From Betaproteobacteria bacterium (GTDB lineage Bacteria; Pseudomonadota; Gammaproteobacteria; Burkholderiales; Ga0077523), in contig JBAXBV010000016.1 of NCBI GenBank assembly GCA_037141795.1, positions 8,826 to 72,825 of the forward strand: 64,000 nucleotides of DNA. Reading direction: 5' to 3'. Both the position numbers and the translations under genes were made by a program. Below the pieces are notes generated by a model that was given only the letters and a program-made list of their open reading frames with translations, had not been told where the DNA came from and did no database searches. This document shows, one piece after another, positions 18,856-28,942 of the stretch (the stretch's first letter is position 1; every line of letters starts with the position of its first letter).

Positions 18856-21129
18856 TCATCTCTGGGATGCCGCATCCACCACGGCCAGGGCGGTCATGTT
18901 GACGAGGCGCCGCACGGTCGCGGTGGGCGTGACGATGTGGACCGGCTTGGCCGCGCCCAGCAGGATCGGGCCGACCGTGATGCCCTCGCCGCTCAGGACC
19001 TTGAGCAGGTTGAAGGAGATGTTTGCCGCGTCCAGCGTGGGCATGATCAGCAGGTTCGCCTCGCCCTTGAGCCGGGAATTGGGGAAGAGACGGAGCCGGA
19101 TTTCCTCGTCCAGCGCGGCGTCCCCGTGCATCTCGCCCTCGACCTCGAGGCTGGGATCCCGCTGTTCGATGAGCTCGCGCGCCCGGCTCATCTTGACCGA
19201 CGAAGGCGACGGCAGGGACCCGAAGTTGGAGTGGGAACAAAGCGCCACCCTGGGCACGAGTCCGAACCGACGCACCTCTTCCGCGGCGAGAAAGGTCATG
19301 TCGGCGATTTCCTCCGCCGACGGATCGTGGTTCACGTAGGTATCGCAGATGAACAGGGTACGGTTCGCCAGCAGCAGCAGATTCATCGCGGCAAACCGCT
19401 TCGCGCCCGGCCGCAGCCCGATCACGTTCGAGATGAGTTCGAGGTGCTGGTGGTGCTGGGCGTAGGTGCCGCAGATCATGGCGTCCGCATCCCCCAGGCG
19501 CACCATGAGGGCTCCGATGAGGGTCATGCGGCGCATGACCTCCCGCTTGGCGAGTTCGGGTGACACCCCCTTGCGCTGCATCAGCCCATAGTAGGTCTGC
19601 CAGTAGGTCCGGTAACGCGGATCGGAATTGGGGTTGACCACCTCGAAGTCTTCCCCCGGGCGGATGCGCAGCCCGTTGCGCTCGATCCGCGGGACGATCA
19701 CCTCCGGCCGCCCGATCAGGATGGGCTTCGCCAGACCCTCATCCACCACGACCTGCACGGCCCGGAGCACGCGTTCGTCTTCGCCCTCGGCGTAGACCAC
19801 CCTCTTGGCGACCTTCTTCGCGGCGGTGAACACCGGCTTCATGATGAGACCGGACTGGTAGACGAAACTCGTGAGCTGGTCCCGGTACACCTGGAAATCG
19901 CGGATCGGGCGGGTGGCGACGCCGCTCTCCATGGCGGCCCGGGCCACGGCCGGCGCGATCTGCACGATCAGGCGCGGGTCGAAGGGCTTCGGGATCAGGT
20001 ATTCGGGACCGAAACGCAGGTCCTCCTGCCCATAGGCCGACGCGACGACCTCCGACTGCTCGGCCATCGCAAGTTCGGCAATGGCGTCAACGGCTGCGAG
20101 CTTCATGGCCTCGGTGATGCTCGTGGCGCCCACATCCAGCGCCCCGCGGAAGATGAAGGGGAAACACAGCACGTTGTTGACCTGGTTCGGAAAATCGGAC
20201 CGCCCCGTGGCGATCACCGCGTCAGGTCGCACCGCCTTGGCGACATCCGGCATGATCTCGGGCGTGGGATTGGCCAGCGCCAGGATGAGGGGCCGCGCCG
20301 CCATGGTCGCCACCATCTCGGGCTTGAGGACCCCCGCCGCCGAGAGACCGAGGAAGACGTCGGCACCGGGCAGGATCTCGGCCAGGGTGCGCGCAGCGGT
20401 CGGCCTGGCGTAGCGCCGCTTGTTGTCGTCCATCTCCTCGGTGCGCCCTTCGTAGACCACGCCCGCAATGTCCGCGACCGTGATGTTCTCCATGCGCACG
20501 CCGATCTGCACCAGCAGGTCCAGACATGCGAGCGCGGCCGCGCCTGCACCGGAACACACCAGCCGCACCTCGCCGATTTCCTTGCCTACGACCTTGAGGC
20601 CGTTGCGCACGGCGGCCCCGACGATGATCGCCGTGCCGTGCTGATCGTCGTGGAAGACCGGAATCTTCATCCGGCTGCGCAACTGCCGCTCCACGTAGAA
20701 ACACTCCGGCGCCTTGATGTCCTCGAGGTTGATGCCTCCGAACGTCGGCTCCAGCGCCGCAATGATCTCCACCAGACGGTCCGGGTCCCGTTCGTTGATC
20801 TCGATGTCGAAGACGTCGATCCCGGCGAACTTCTTGAACAGGACCGCCTTGCCCTCCATCACCGGCTTGGCGGCCAGCGGCCCGATGGGGCCGAGACCGA
20901 GCACCGCAGTCCCATTGGTGATCACCCCGATCAGGTTGGCGCGCGACGTGTAACTGTGGACACTGGCCGGATCGGCCACGATCTCGTTGCAGGCCGCAGC
21001 CACGCCCGGTGAATAGGCGAGCGCAAGATCGCGCTGGTTGATCAGCGCCTTCGTGGGCGCAATGGAGATCTTGCCGGGTGTGGGGAAGCGGTGATAGTCG
21101 AGCGCGGCCTTCTTGAAGGAATCGTCCAT
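18856..21129 (-). CDS. maeB: NADP-dependent malic enzyme (malic enzyme plus phosphotransacetylase-like domain)
   Basis: 757 aa from ATG 21129 ([23 protein letters not shown]...). [21 protein letters not shown], and a C-terminal PTA-like domain. Confidence 0.95.
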   Translation of the reverse strand: MDDSFKKAALDYHRFPTPGKISIAPTKALINQRDLALAYSPGVAAACNEIVADPASVHSYTSRANLIGVITNGTAVLGLGPIGPLAAKPVMEGKAVLFKKFAGIDVFDIEINERDPDRLVEIIAALEPTFGGINLEDIKAPECFYVERQLRSRMKIPVFHDDQHGTAIIVGAAVRNGLKVVGKEIGEVRLVCSGAGAAALACLDLLVQIGVRMENITVADIAGVVYEGRTEEMDDNKRRYARPTAARTLAEILPGADVFLGLSAAGVLKPEMVATMAARPLILALANPTPEIMPDVAKAVRPDAVIATGRSDFPNQVNNVLCFPFIFRGALDVGATSITEAMKLAAVDAIAELAMAEQSEVVASAYGQEDLRFGPEYLIPKPFDPRLIVQIAPAVARAAMESGVATRPIRDFQVYRDQLTSFVYQSGLIMKPVFTAAKKVAKRVVYAEGEDERVLRAVQVVVDEGLAKPILIGRPEVIVPRIERNGLRIRPGEDFEVVNPNSDPRYRTYWQTYYGLMQRKGVSPELAKREVMRRMTLIGALMVRLGDADAMICGTYAQHHQHLELISNVIGLRPGAKRFAAMNLLLLANRTLFICDTYVNHDPSAEEIADMTFLAAEEVRRFGLVPRVALCSHSNFGSLPSPSSVKMSRARELIEQRDPSLEVEGEMHGDAALDEEIRLRLFPNSRLKGEANLLIMPTLDAANISFNLLKVLSGEGITVGPILLGAAKPVHIVTPTATVRRLVNMTALAVVDAASQR

Positions 21130-21249
21130 GCTGGATCCCGGTGGGGAGAAGGCGCCGAAGTATACCCGCAGCCTCCCGCGCACGCTCTGCGCAGACCGCC
21201 GGGTTTGCTAGACTGCCGGCCTGCCCTCCCACCCTGGAGTTGAAGCCCC

Positions 21250-22143
21250 ATGCGAAGGATCCTCGCCTTCTGGGCAATGCTCGTCCTCGTCCTGGGCGCC
21301 CGCCCGGCGGGAGCGGCACCCGACGACCGCGGACTTCTCTGGGAAGTACGGTCCGCGCGCACGACTGTCTACCTGCTCGGCACCCTTCACGTGGGTCGCG
21401 AGGACCTCTACCCGCTGCCCGCAGCGGTCGAGAACGCTTATGCGGCCGCAGGAACCCTCGCTCTCGAGGTGGACCCCACGCAGGACCGCCCGTTGCCGCC
21501 GGCCGCGCGGGCTGCCGCTTTCTACACGTCCCCGGATACGCTGGACCGTCACCTCTCGCCCGCCCTGAATCAGAACCTGCAGGAGGTCATCGAGCAAATG
21601 GGCTTCGCAGGACACTTTCCGCGCGACATGAAGCCCGCGATGGCTGCGATGCTGCTCACCGTGATCGAGGCAGGCCGCGCCGGGCTGGACCCGCGCCTGG
21701 GCATCGACGCCCACCTCGCTCGCCGGGCGCGCGAGGATGGCAAGAAGATCGTCGAACTCGAATCGGCGACGGCGCAACTGATGCTGCTCGACGAACTGGG
21801 CCTGGACAATCAGGTAGCCCTGCTCGCAGCCACCGTCGAGGGCGTGCGCTCGGGGCAACTGGGCCGGAACATCGCCCTGCTGCTGGACGCCTGGAGACGC
21901 GGCGAATCCGACCGGGTGATGGAATTGTCCCGGCACGAACTCGAATTCCTTCCCGATGAGGTGGCCGCCACCCTGCGCGACCGGTTTTTCGACGAGCGCA
22001 ACCGCGCCATGGCGGTCCGGATCGAGAGCCTGCTCGGCCAGGACAGGGTCGTGGTGGTGGCCGTGGGAGCCGGGCACATGGGCGGTCCAGAGGGGCTCGT
22101 CGCCCTCCTGCGAGCCCGCGGCTTCGCCGTCCGCCAGATCTGA
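21250..22143 (+). CDS. TraB/GumN family protein, secreted
   Basis: Signal peptide, then GLLWEVRSARTTVYLLGTLHVG and C-terminal VAVGAGHMGGPEGL, typical of TraB/GumN. Confidence 0.8.
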   Translation: MRRILAFWAMLVLVLGARPAGAAPDDRGLLWEVRSARTTVYLLGTLHVGREDLYPLPAAVENAYAAAGTLALEVDPTQDRPLPPAARAAAFYTSPDTLDRHLSPALNQNLQEVIEQMGFAGHFPRDMKPAMAAMLLTVIEAGRAGLDPRLGIDAHLARRAREDGKKIVELESATAQLMLLDELGLDNQVALLAATVEGVRSGQLGRNIALLLDAWRRGESDRVMELSRHELEFLPDEVAATLRDRFFDERNRAMAVRIESLLGQDRVVVVAVGAGHMGGPEGLVALLRARGFAVRQI

Positions 22144-22158
22144 CGCCCACCTGCCTCC

Positions 22159-23133
22159 ATGAACGAAACCTTTCCCTCAGGCCTCCGGGGAGATCTGTAC
22201 CCGGAGATCGAGCCGACCCGCAGCGGGCGGCTGCCACTGGATGCGCGTCACACCATGTACTGGGAGGAAAGCGGGAACCCGGACGGGACGCCCGTGCTGT
22301 TCCTCCACGGGGGTCCCGGCGCCGGGGCGAGCGGTGCCCATCGCCGTTTCTTCGACCCGGCCCGTTACCGCATCGTGATCTTCGACCAGCGCGGGGCCGG
22401 TCGATCCAGTCCGCTGGGTTGCCTGGAAGATAACACCACGGGACACCTGATCGCGGACATCGAGGTCCTGCGGAACCACCTCGGGATCGATCGATGGGTG
22501 GTGTTCGGCGGCTCCTGGGGTTCCACCCTGGCCCTGGCCTACGGCGAAACCCATCCCGAGCGCTGCCTCGGCTTCATCCTGCGCGGCATCTTCCTCTGCC
22601 GCCCCCCGGAGATCGACTGGTTCCTGTACGGCATGCGCACGGTGTTTCCCGAGCACTGGGCGCGCTTCGCGGATTTCATTCCGGAGTCGGAACGCCACGA
22701 CCTGCTCGCGGCCTATCGCGACCGGTTGCTGCATCAGGACCCCGCCGTGCACATGCCGGCCGCGCGCCAGTGGAGCCTCTACGAGGGGGCGTGCTCGACG
22801 CTTCTTCCCAGCGCCGATGCATTGCGGCATTTCGGCGATGACGTGGTCGCGCTCGGCCTGGCCCGGATCGAGGCCCACTATTTCGCCCACGACATCTTCC
22901 TCCCGCCGGACAGTCTCCTCGCCGGCGTGGCCCGGCTGCGGCATCTGCCCTGCGTGATCGTCCAGGGACGCTACGACATGGTGTGTCCCGCCATCTCCGC
23001 CTTTGACCTGAAGGCTGCGTGGCCGGAGGCGGAGTTCCACCTGGTGCCCGACGCCGGCCATTCCGCCTGGGAATCCGGCATTCGCGCCCGCCTCGTGGCC
23101 GCCGCCGAGAAATTCAAGAACATCCTGGAGTGA
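22159..23133 (+). CDS. pip: Prolyl aminopeptidase (proline iminopeptidase)
   Basis: LYPEIEP...LFLHGGPGAG...FDQRGAGRS...GGSWGSTLALAY alpha/beta hydrolase. Confidence 0.9.
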   Translation: MNETFPSGLRGDLYPEIEPTRSGRLPLDARHTMYWEESGNPDGTPVLFLHGGPGAGASGAHRRFFDPARYRIVIFDQRGAGRSSPLGCLEDNTTGHLIADIEVLRNHLGIDRWVVFGGSWGSTLALAYGETHPERCLGFILRGIFLCRPPEIDWFLYGMRTVFPEHWARFADFIPESERHDLLAAYRDRLLHQDPAVHMPAARQWSLYEGACSTLLPSADALRHFGDDVVALGLARIEAHYFAHDIFLPPDSLLAGVARLRHLPCVIVQGRYDMVCPAISAFDLKAAWPEAEFHLVPDAGHSAWESGIRARLVAAAEKFKNILE

Positions 23134-23140
23134 CTGCAAC

Positions 23141-23581
23141 ATGACCGCCGCCCCGCCCGCCGTCCTGCAACGGTACATGGATGGCCTCAAGGCCCATGAC
23201 GTTCCTGCCATCCTTGCCACCTCGGCAGAGGACATCCGGTTCGAGTCCATGGGACGGGTCCTCGACCGAAAGCAGTTCGGCGCCATGCTGACTGCCCTCT
23301 ACACGGGGTTTCCCGACTGGAACTACGACCACGAACCGCCCGTTCAGGAAGGGGACTGGTGGACCGTCCTCTGGCGCCAGAGCGGAACCCACACCGGAGT
23401 CTTCGCGCTGCCGGGCCTGGACCCCGTCTCGCCCACCGGGCGGTTCGTCCGCATTCCACCCCAGCGGTTCTTCTATCGCATCGCCGGAGACCATCTGGTC
23501 GTGATCCGGCCCGAACCGGTCGAGGGGGGCGCGCCCGTGGGGATCCTGCAGCAGATCGGCGTGGAACGCCCGCCGCTCTGA
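23141..23581 (+). CDS. SnoaL-like / ester cyclase family protein
   Basis: 146 aa. LQRYMDGLKAHD...FPDWNYDHE...WRQSGTHTGVFALPGLDPVSPTGR pattern of ester-cyclase (NTF2-like) proteins. Confidence 0.65.
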   Translation: MTAAPPAVLQRYMDGLKAHDVPAILATSAEDIRFESMGRVLDRKQFGAMLTALYTGFPDWNYDHEPPVQEGDWWTVLWRQSGTHTGVFALPGLDPVSPTGRFVRIPPQRFFYRIAGDHLVVIRPEPVEGGAPVGILQQIGVERPPL

Positions 23582-23610
23582 AGGGCCGGGCGCCAGGCCT
23601 GCCCCGTTGG

Positions 23611-23686
23611 AAAAAAAGAAGGGCCGTACCAAGGGAGACCATGCGTGTCTGGGGTCGGCCGTGAGCAGACCCCGGTGGTACGGCCC
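23611..23686 (-). terminator. Branched (Y-shaped) 66-nt hairpin followed by a U-run. Terminator or 3-prime structured RNA downstream of the FkbM gene.
   Basis: Minus strand has GGGCCGTACCA...TGGTACGGCCC (11-bp outer stem). It encloses GGGGTC-N11-GACCCC and AGAC-N7-GTCT, and is followed by TTCTTTTTTT. Confidence 0.5.
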
Positions 23687-23778
23687 GCACATCGCGCCGA
23701 CCCGAGGGTCGGGCGCGTCGAGCGGATGTCATTGTCGTGGGTCCGCCTTTCCCGAACCTTACCGGTGGTGCGCGGCGA

Positions 23779-24447
23779 TCAGCCGGACCGGCGATAGAAC
23801 AGGGTGTAACCCACCCAGTTGGCGAGACGATATCCCAGGCCGGAGAGCAGGCCGTGCAGGTCCGAGGCGAGTATCTCGTCGAGATCCGTCGACAACCGTT
23901 CCACGAGAATCAGCGCCGGCGAGTAGCGGGCGAAATCGAGCCCGCGCAGCACGTTGACGTCTTCGCCCTCCACGTCGACATTGAGCAGATCGATAGGACG
24001 GTCGCGAAACCTCGTCCCGTCGAGAATCGCCGTGAGGGTCGTGGTGGTGATTTCCCGCAGGCCCCGGAACGCCGCTGCATCGTCCGCGATGCCCGGGCTC
24101 AGGGTTGCCCGGGTCGAGTACCACTTGTCGGTGTAGATGGTGCGCACCTCTGCCCGGTCGGACACGGCTGCAACCACGTTGACATCCCCGGGCCGCCGCA
24201 ACCGGAAGGCCAGAATCTTGGCCTCGTCGAGGTCCACGTTCACCCCGCGCCAACCGCGCCGGCGAAGTTGATGGGTGTTGGAACCCTTGGCGGGGTGATA
24301 GGCGCCCACGTCCACATAGAAACCGTCCCGGCGATCTCCCAGCCAGGTCGCCAGAACGCAATCCTCGCCATACTGGGACCAGCAGGGGCGTGCCGCCCGC
24401 GTCAGCACGCTCTTGCGTACCACCCTGAGGATTTCGGAAAGTTTCAT
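23779..24447 (-). CDS. FkbM family methyltransferase
   Basis: 222 aa from ATG 24447. SQYGEDCVL...FYVDVGAYHPAKGSNT...IDLLNVDVEGEDVNVLRGLDF pattern of FkbM-type SAM methyltransferases. Confidence 0.8.
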   Translation of the reverse strand: MKLSEILRVVRKSVLTRAARPCWSQYGEDCVLATWLGDRRDGFYVDVGAYHPAKGSNTHQLRRRGWRGVNVDLDEAKILAFRLRRPGDVNVVAAVSDRAEVRTIYTDKWYSTRATLSPGIADDAAAFRGLREITTTTLTAILDGTRFRDRPIDLLNVDVEGEDVNVLRGLDFARYSPALILVERLSTDLDEILASDLHGLLSGLGYRLANWVGYTLFYRRSG

Positions 24448-24871
24448 GGCTGTTCGGCCGGAAGGCTGGAGGGACTGCATTGTGCCCGACGAGCCGCCGA
24501 CCACCGGCAGCCCCCGTGCCTGTGGCACAACCCCCGGGGCGAGGCGCCATCAGAATTCGGGGATGGCGGTGAGCGGCTGCTCCGGCAAGTCATCCTCGTG
24601 AAGAATCCAGGCGTTGCAATCGGCGGGCGACACCCTGGTTCCCACGCGGGCGCCGGCAGGTCAAGACAGAGGGAATCGGACACTTCTGCCGGAGCGCGCC
24701 GGCGGGCATGCGCGAGAAGGCGCGGACTGACCTCGCTTGCCCGCAGCGTCAGGCAACGGCCGCCTCTGGCCCCCTGAAGCAGGGAGTCGTTCCAGACGAC
24801 GATACAGGGCTTCCAGAAGCGTGCCTGAGCCAGCCAGGAAGCGGGTGCCCGGAGTACCGCCGGGACGCCCG

Positions 24872-25201
24872 TCAGGCCCGGAGGTCCACGGCGCGGACCG
24901 AACTCTGGTCGGCCTGCCGCCGGCCCAGCGCTCGCCTGTCCCGGCCGGAACGGGTGTCGATGAGAACCGGAATCTGCCGCAGGCGCCGTTCCGTGCCCCG
25001 GCGGGCGGCGTCCGCCCGGCGCTCGGCAGAGGGCCGCGGTTCGGTTCTCGGGGGTTCAGGGGGCACCACCAGCACCGCGCGCTCCCGCCGGGGGGCTTCG
25101 CTGGTGACGGAACCAAGGGGACGAAGGTTGTCTATCCCCGCCAGGGCTCCACCCGTGTCACGCACGGTGAAGACCGCGGGGCTCGTCGTGTTCAGTCTCA
25201 T
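24872..25201 (-). CDS. Hypothetical Arg/Pro-rich basic protein (109 aa), translationally coupled to the PhaM-like gene
   Basis: ATGA overlap with the stop of 25198..25467. High GC3. Sequence ...PPEPPRTEPRPSAERRADAARRGTERRLRQIPVLIDTRSGRDRRALGRRQ. No family recognised. Confidence 0.4.
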   Translation of the reverse strand: MRLNTTSPAVFTVRDTGGALAGIDNLRPLGSVTSEAPRRERAVLVVPPEPPRTEPRPSAERRADAARRGTERRLRQIPVLIDTRSGRDRRALGRRQADQSSVRAVDLRA

Positions 25202-25467
25202 GGCCGGTTCTTGCTGCCTCCGGGAGAATCGTGGATGGCCTCGAGGGTGGTCTTCTGCATCTCGAGGGTCTTGATCGTCATCTGCAGGAAGGTCAGGTTC
25301 ATCTTGAGCCAGTTCTCCACGGCCTGCAGTTCCGCGATCCTGTTCGCCACCTCCTCCGGGTTCATGGTGGGCTGGAACATGCCGGGAAGCGGAAAGGACA
25401 TGGGATTCCACATCTTCCGGAAGAATGCCATCGGGTCACCGGATTCGGTCTCGTCGCTCATCCACAT
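25198..25467 (-). CDS. PhaM-like PHA-granule protein, N-terminal domain only (89 aa)
   Basis: FQPTMNPEEVANRIAELQAVENWLKMNLTFLQMTIKTLEMQKTTLEAI matches the conserved PhaM-family core as I recall it (..P T(L/M)NPEEL.KRI.EL..V..WL..N...L...I..LE.Q..TL..L). Confidence 0.6.
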   Translation of the reverse strand: MWMSDETESGDPMAFFRKMWNPMSFPLPGMFQPTMNPEEVANRIAELQAVENWLKMNLTFLQMTIKTLEMQKTTLEAIHDSPGGSKNRP

Positions 25468-25530
25468 CCCTCCGTCGAAGACACCTGCGGCGGCCGGCGG
25501 TTCCCCGCGAGGCCACTCATGCCCTTTCGA

Positions 25531-27054
25531 TCACATGGTGGGTCCGAGAACCCAGGGTGCGAACTCGTCATCACCATAGCCCCACTGCTCGCTCTTGGAT
25601 TTATCTCCCGAGGCCGTCTGCAGGATGAGATCGAAGAACGCCTTGCCCACCTCGTCGATGCTCGCCTTGCCGTCGACGATCACCCCGCAATTGATGTCCA
25701 TGTCCTCTTCCTGTCGGTTGAAGAGCGCCGTGTTGGTGGCAAGTTTCAGGGACGGCGCGGGTTTGCAGCCATAGGCCGACCCCCGTCCGGTCGTGAAACA
25801 GATCATGTTGGCTCCGCCGGCCACCTGGCCCGTCGCGGAAACAGGGTCGTAGCCGGGGGTATCCATGAAAACGAACCCCTTGGCGGACACCCGCTCGGCG
25901 TAGTGGTAGACCCCCATGAGCGCCGAAGTTCCACCCTTTGCCACCGCACCCAGGGATTTCTCGAGGATGGTGGTGAGCCCGCCCGCCTTGTTACCGGGCG
26001 ACGGGTTGTTGTTCATCTCGCCCCCGAGCCGCGTGGTGTAGTCCTCCCACCACTTGATTCGGCCCACCAGCTTCTCCCCGACCTCCCGGGACGCGGCCCG
26101 CCGGGTGAGCAGGTGCTCGGCGCCGTAGATCTCCGGCGTTTCGGACAGGATCGCCGACCCGCCGTGGCGCACCAGCAGGTCCACCGCGGCACCAAGGGCC
26201 GGGTTGGCACTGATGCCCGAGTAGCCGTCGGAGCCCCCGCACTGCAGCCCCAGGGTGATGTGGCTCGCGGGGACGGTCTGGCGCATGGCGCGGTTGGCGT
26301 CCGGCAGCAATGCCTTCACCCGCGCGATGCCCTCCCGGATGGTCTTGCCGGTCCCGCCCGTGTCCTGGATCGTGAATGTCTGCAACTGGTCCGAGCGCTT
26401 CAGGCCCTGCGCGGCCAGCAGGTCGTTGATCTGGTTGGCTTCGCACCCCAGACCGATCAGAAGGCTCGAGTGGAAGTTGGCGTGTGTCGCGTATCCCGCG
26501 AGCACCCGGCGCAGGACCTCGACCGGCTCGCCGGTGGAGCCCATGCCGCACCCTGTGCTGTGGACGATGGGCACGACCCCCGCCACGTTGGGGAATTCCG
26601 CCAGCACCTCGTCGGTGAAGTGCCGGGCAATCAGGCGCGTGACGTGAGCCGAGCAGTTGACGCTGGACACGAGCCCGATGAAGTTCCGGGTGGCCACGCG
26701 GCCGTCCGCCCGCACGTAACCCTGAAACGTGGCCGGCTCGGCCACGAAATCGGTGGCCCGGAAATCGGCCCCGAAGGCGTAGTCCCGCTCGAAACTCGCC
26801 ATGCCGAGGTTGTGGACATGCACGTGCTCCCCGATCCGGATGGGGCGGGTTGCAAAGCCGATGATCTGGTTGTAGCGGCGAACGGGCTCGCCTTCGCGGA
26901 TGTCGCGCGACGCGATCTTGTGTCCGGCGGGCACCGCCACGGCTGTACGGAGGCTTTCCTTGATGACCTCCGTGCCCGCGGGCAGATCGACCCGCGCGAT
27001 CACGACATCGTCGGCGGCGTTGAGGCGGATGGTGATGTCGGCGGCCTGCAGCAT
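25531..27054 (-). CDS. UxaA-family sugar-acid dehydratase (altronate/galactarate dehydratase-like)
   Basis: 507 aa from ATG 27054. N-terminal SAF-like segment (VIARVDLPAGTEV...AGHKIA), then VNCSAHV, HSTGCGMG, LGLQCGGSDGYSGISANP and FMDTPGYDPVS blocks typical of UxaA/GarD. Confidence 0.9.
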   Translation of the reverse strand: MLQAADITIRLNAADDVVIARVDLPAGTEVIKESLRTAVAVPAGHKIASRDIREGEPVRRYNQIIGFATRPIRIGEHVHVHNLGMASFERDYAFGADFRATDFVAEPATFQGYVRADGRVATRNFIGLVSSVNCSAHVTRLIARHFTDEVLAEFPNVAGVVPIVHSTGCGMGSTGEPVEVLRRVLAGYATHANFHSSLLIGLGCEANQINDLLAAQGLKRSDQLQTFTIQDTGGTGKTIREGIARVKALLPDANRAMRQTVPASHITLGLQCGGSDGYSGISANPALGAAVDLLVRHGGSAILSETPEIYGAEHLLTRRAASREVGEKLVGRIKWWEDYTTRLGGEMNNNPSPGNKAGGLTTILEKSLGAVAKGGTSALMGVYHYAERVSAKGFVFMDTPGYDPVSATGQVAGGANMICFTTGRGSAYGCKPAPSLKLATNTALFNRQEEDMDINCGVIVDGKASIDEVGKAFFDLILQTASGDKSKSEQWGYGDDEFAPWVLGPTM

Positions 27055-27148
27055 GATTCCTCCCGGATGTGACGTGGACCGCCTGCCGCTGGCCGGGCCG
27101 AATGCCCGCCGGAGCGCGATCTCATCGTAAGGTCTGGCGCGATTATAG

Positions 27149-27988
<840 letters not shown>

Positions 27989-28030
27989 CAGGGCAGTCAG
28001 GGCAGCGTCTATCAAGGAGGGAGGAACGCA

Positions 28031-28876
28031 ATGAAGCTCGTACGTTTTGGGGAAGCCGGCAGCGAAAAACCCGGTCTGGTCGACTCCAGCGGCGCAATCC
28101 GCGACCTGTCGGGTGTCGTGAACGACATCGATGGCAGCGTCCTCGGCGAGGAAAGCCTGGCAAGGCTGCGCGCGCTGGACCCGTCCACGCTCCCTCGGGT
28201 GGAAGGCAACCCGCGGTTCGGCGCTCCCGTCGCCGGCACGAGCAAGTTCATCGCAATCGGCCTGAACTACTCGGACCACGCCAAGGAATCGAACATGCCG
28301 ATTCCCAAGGAACCCGTGGTCTTCAACAAGGCCACTTCCTGCATCATGGGTCCGAATGACACCGTGGTGCTGCCGCCGGGATCGCAGAAGGGCGACTGGG
28401 AGGTGGAACTGGCCTTCGTCATCGGCAAGACCGCCAAGTCCGTGCCGGAAGCCGACGCGCTGGACTACGTGGCCGGCTACATGATCTGCAACGACGTGTC
28501 CGAGCGGGAATGGCAACTGGAACGCGGCCAGACCTGGGACAAGGGCAAGGGGTTCGACACCTTCGGCCCCGTCGGGCCCTGGCTGGTCACCCGGGATGAG
28601 ATTCCGGACCCGCAGAATCTCGCCATGTGGCTGGATGTCAACGGCAAGCGCATGCAGACCGGCAACACGAACACCATGATCTTCAACGTGCGGCAACTGG
28701 TGGCCTACGTGAGCTTCCTGTGCACGCTGAAGCCCGGGGACATCATCACGACCGGCACGCCGCCCGGCGTGGGCATGGGGGTGAAGCCGAATCCGGTGTT
28801 CCTGCGGGCCGGTGACGTCATGCGGGCAGGCATCGACGGTCTCGGGGAACAGCGCCAGGAAGTCACCGGCGGCTGA
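28031..28876 (+). CDS. Fumarylacetoacetate hydrolase (FAH) family protein
   Basis: 281 aa. KFIAIGLNYSDHAKE...DWEVELAFVIGK...WDKGKGFDTFGPVGPWLVT...PGDIITTGTPPGVG. Confidence 0.9.
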   Translation: MKLVRFGEAGSEKPGLVDSSGAIRDLSGVVNDIDGSVLGEESLARLRALDPSTLPRVEGNPRFGAPVAGTSKFIAIGLNYSDHAKESNMPIPKEPVVFNKATSCIMGPNDTVVLPPGSQKGDWEVELAFVIGKTAKSVPEADALDYVAGYMICNDVSEREWQLERGQTWDKGKGFDTFGPVGPWLVTRDEIPDPQNLAMWLDVNGKRMQTGNTNTMIFNVRQLVAYVSFLCTLKPGDIITTGTPPGVGMGVKPNPVFLRAGDVMRAGIDGLGEQRQEVTGG

Positions 28877-28942
28877 GCCCGACCGGCCACCGGGCGCGCC
28901 CCCTGTGGCCGCCCGGCGGCCGCCCCCCCGGCGAGGGGGGAC

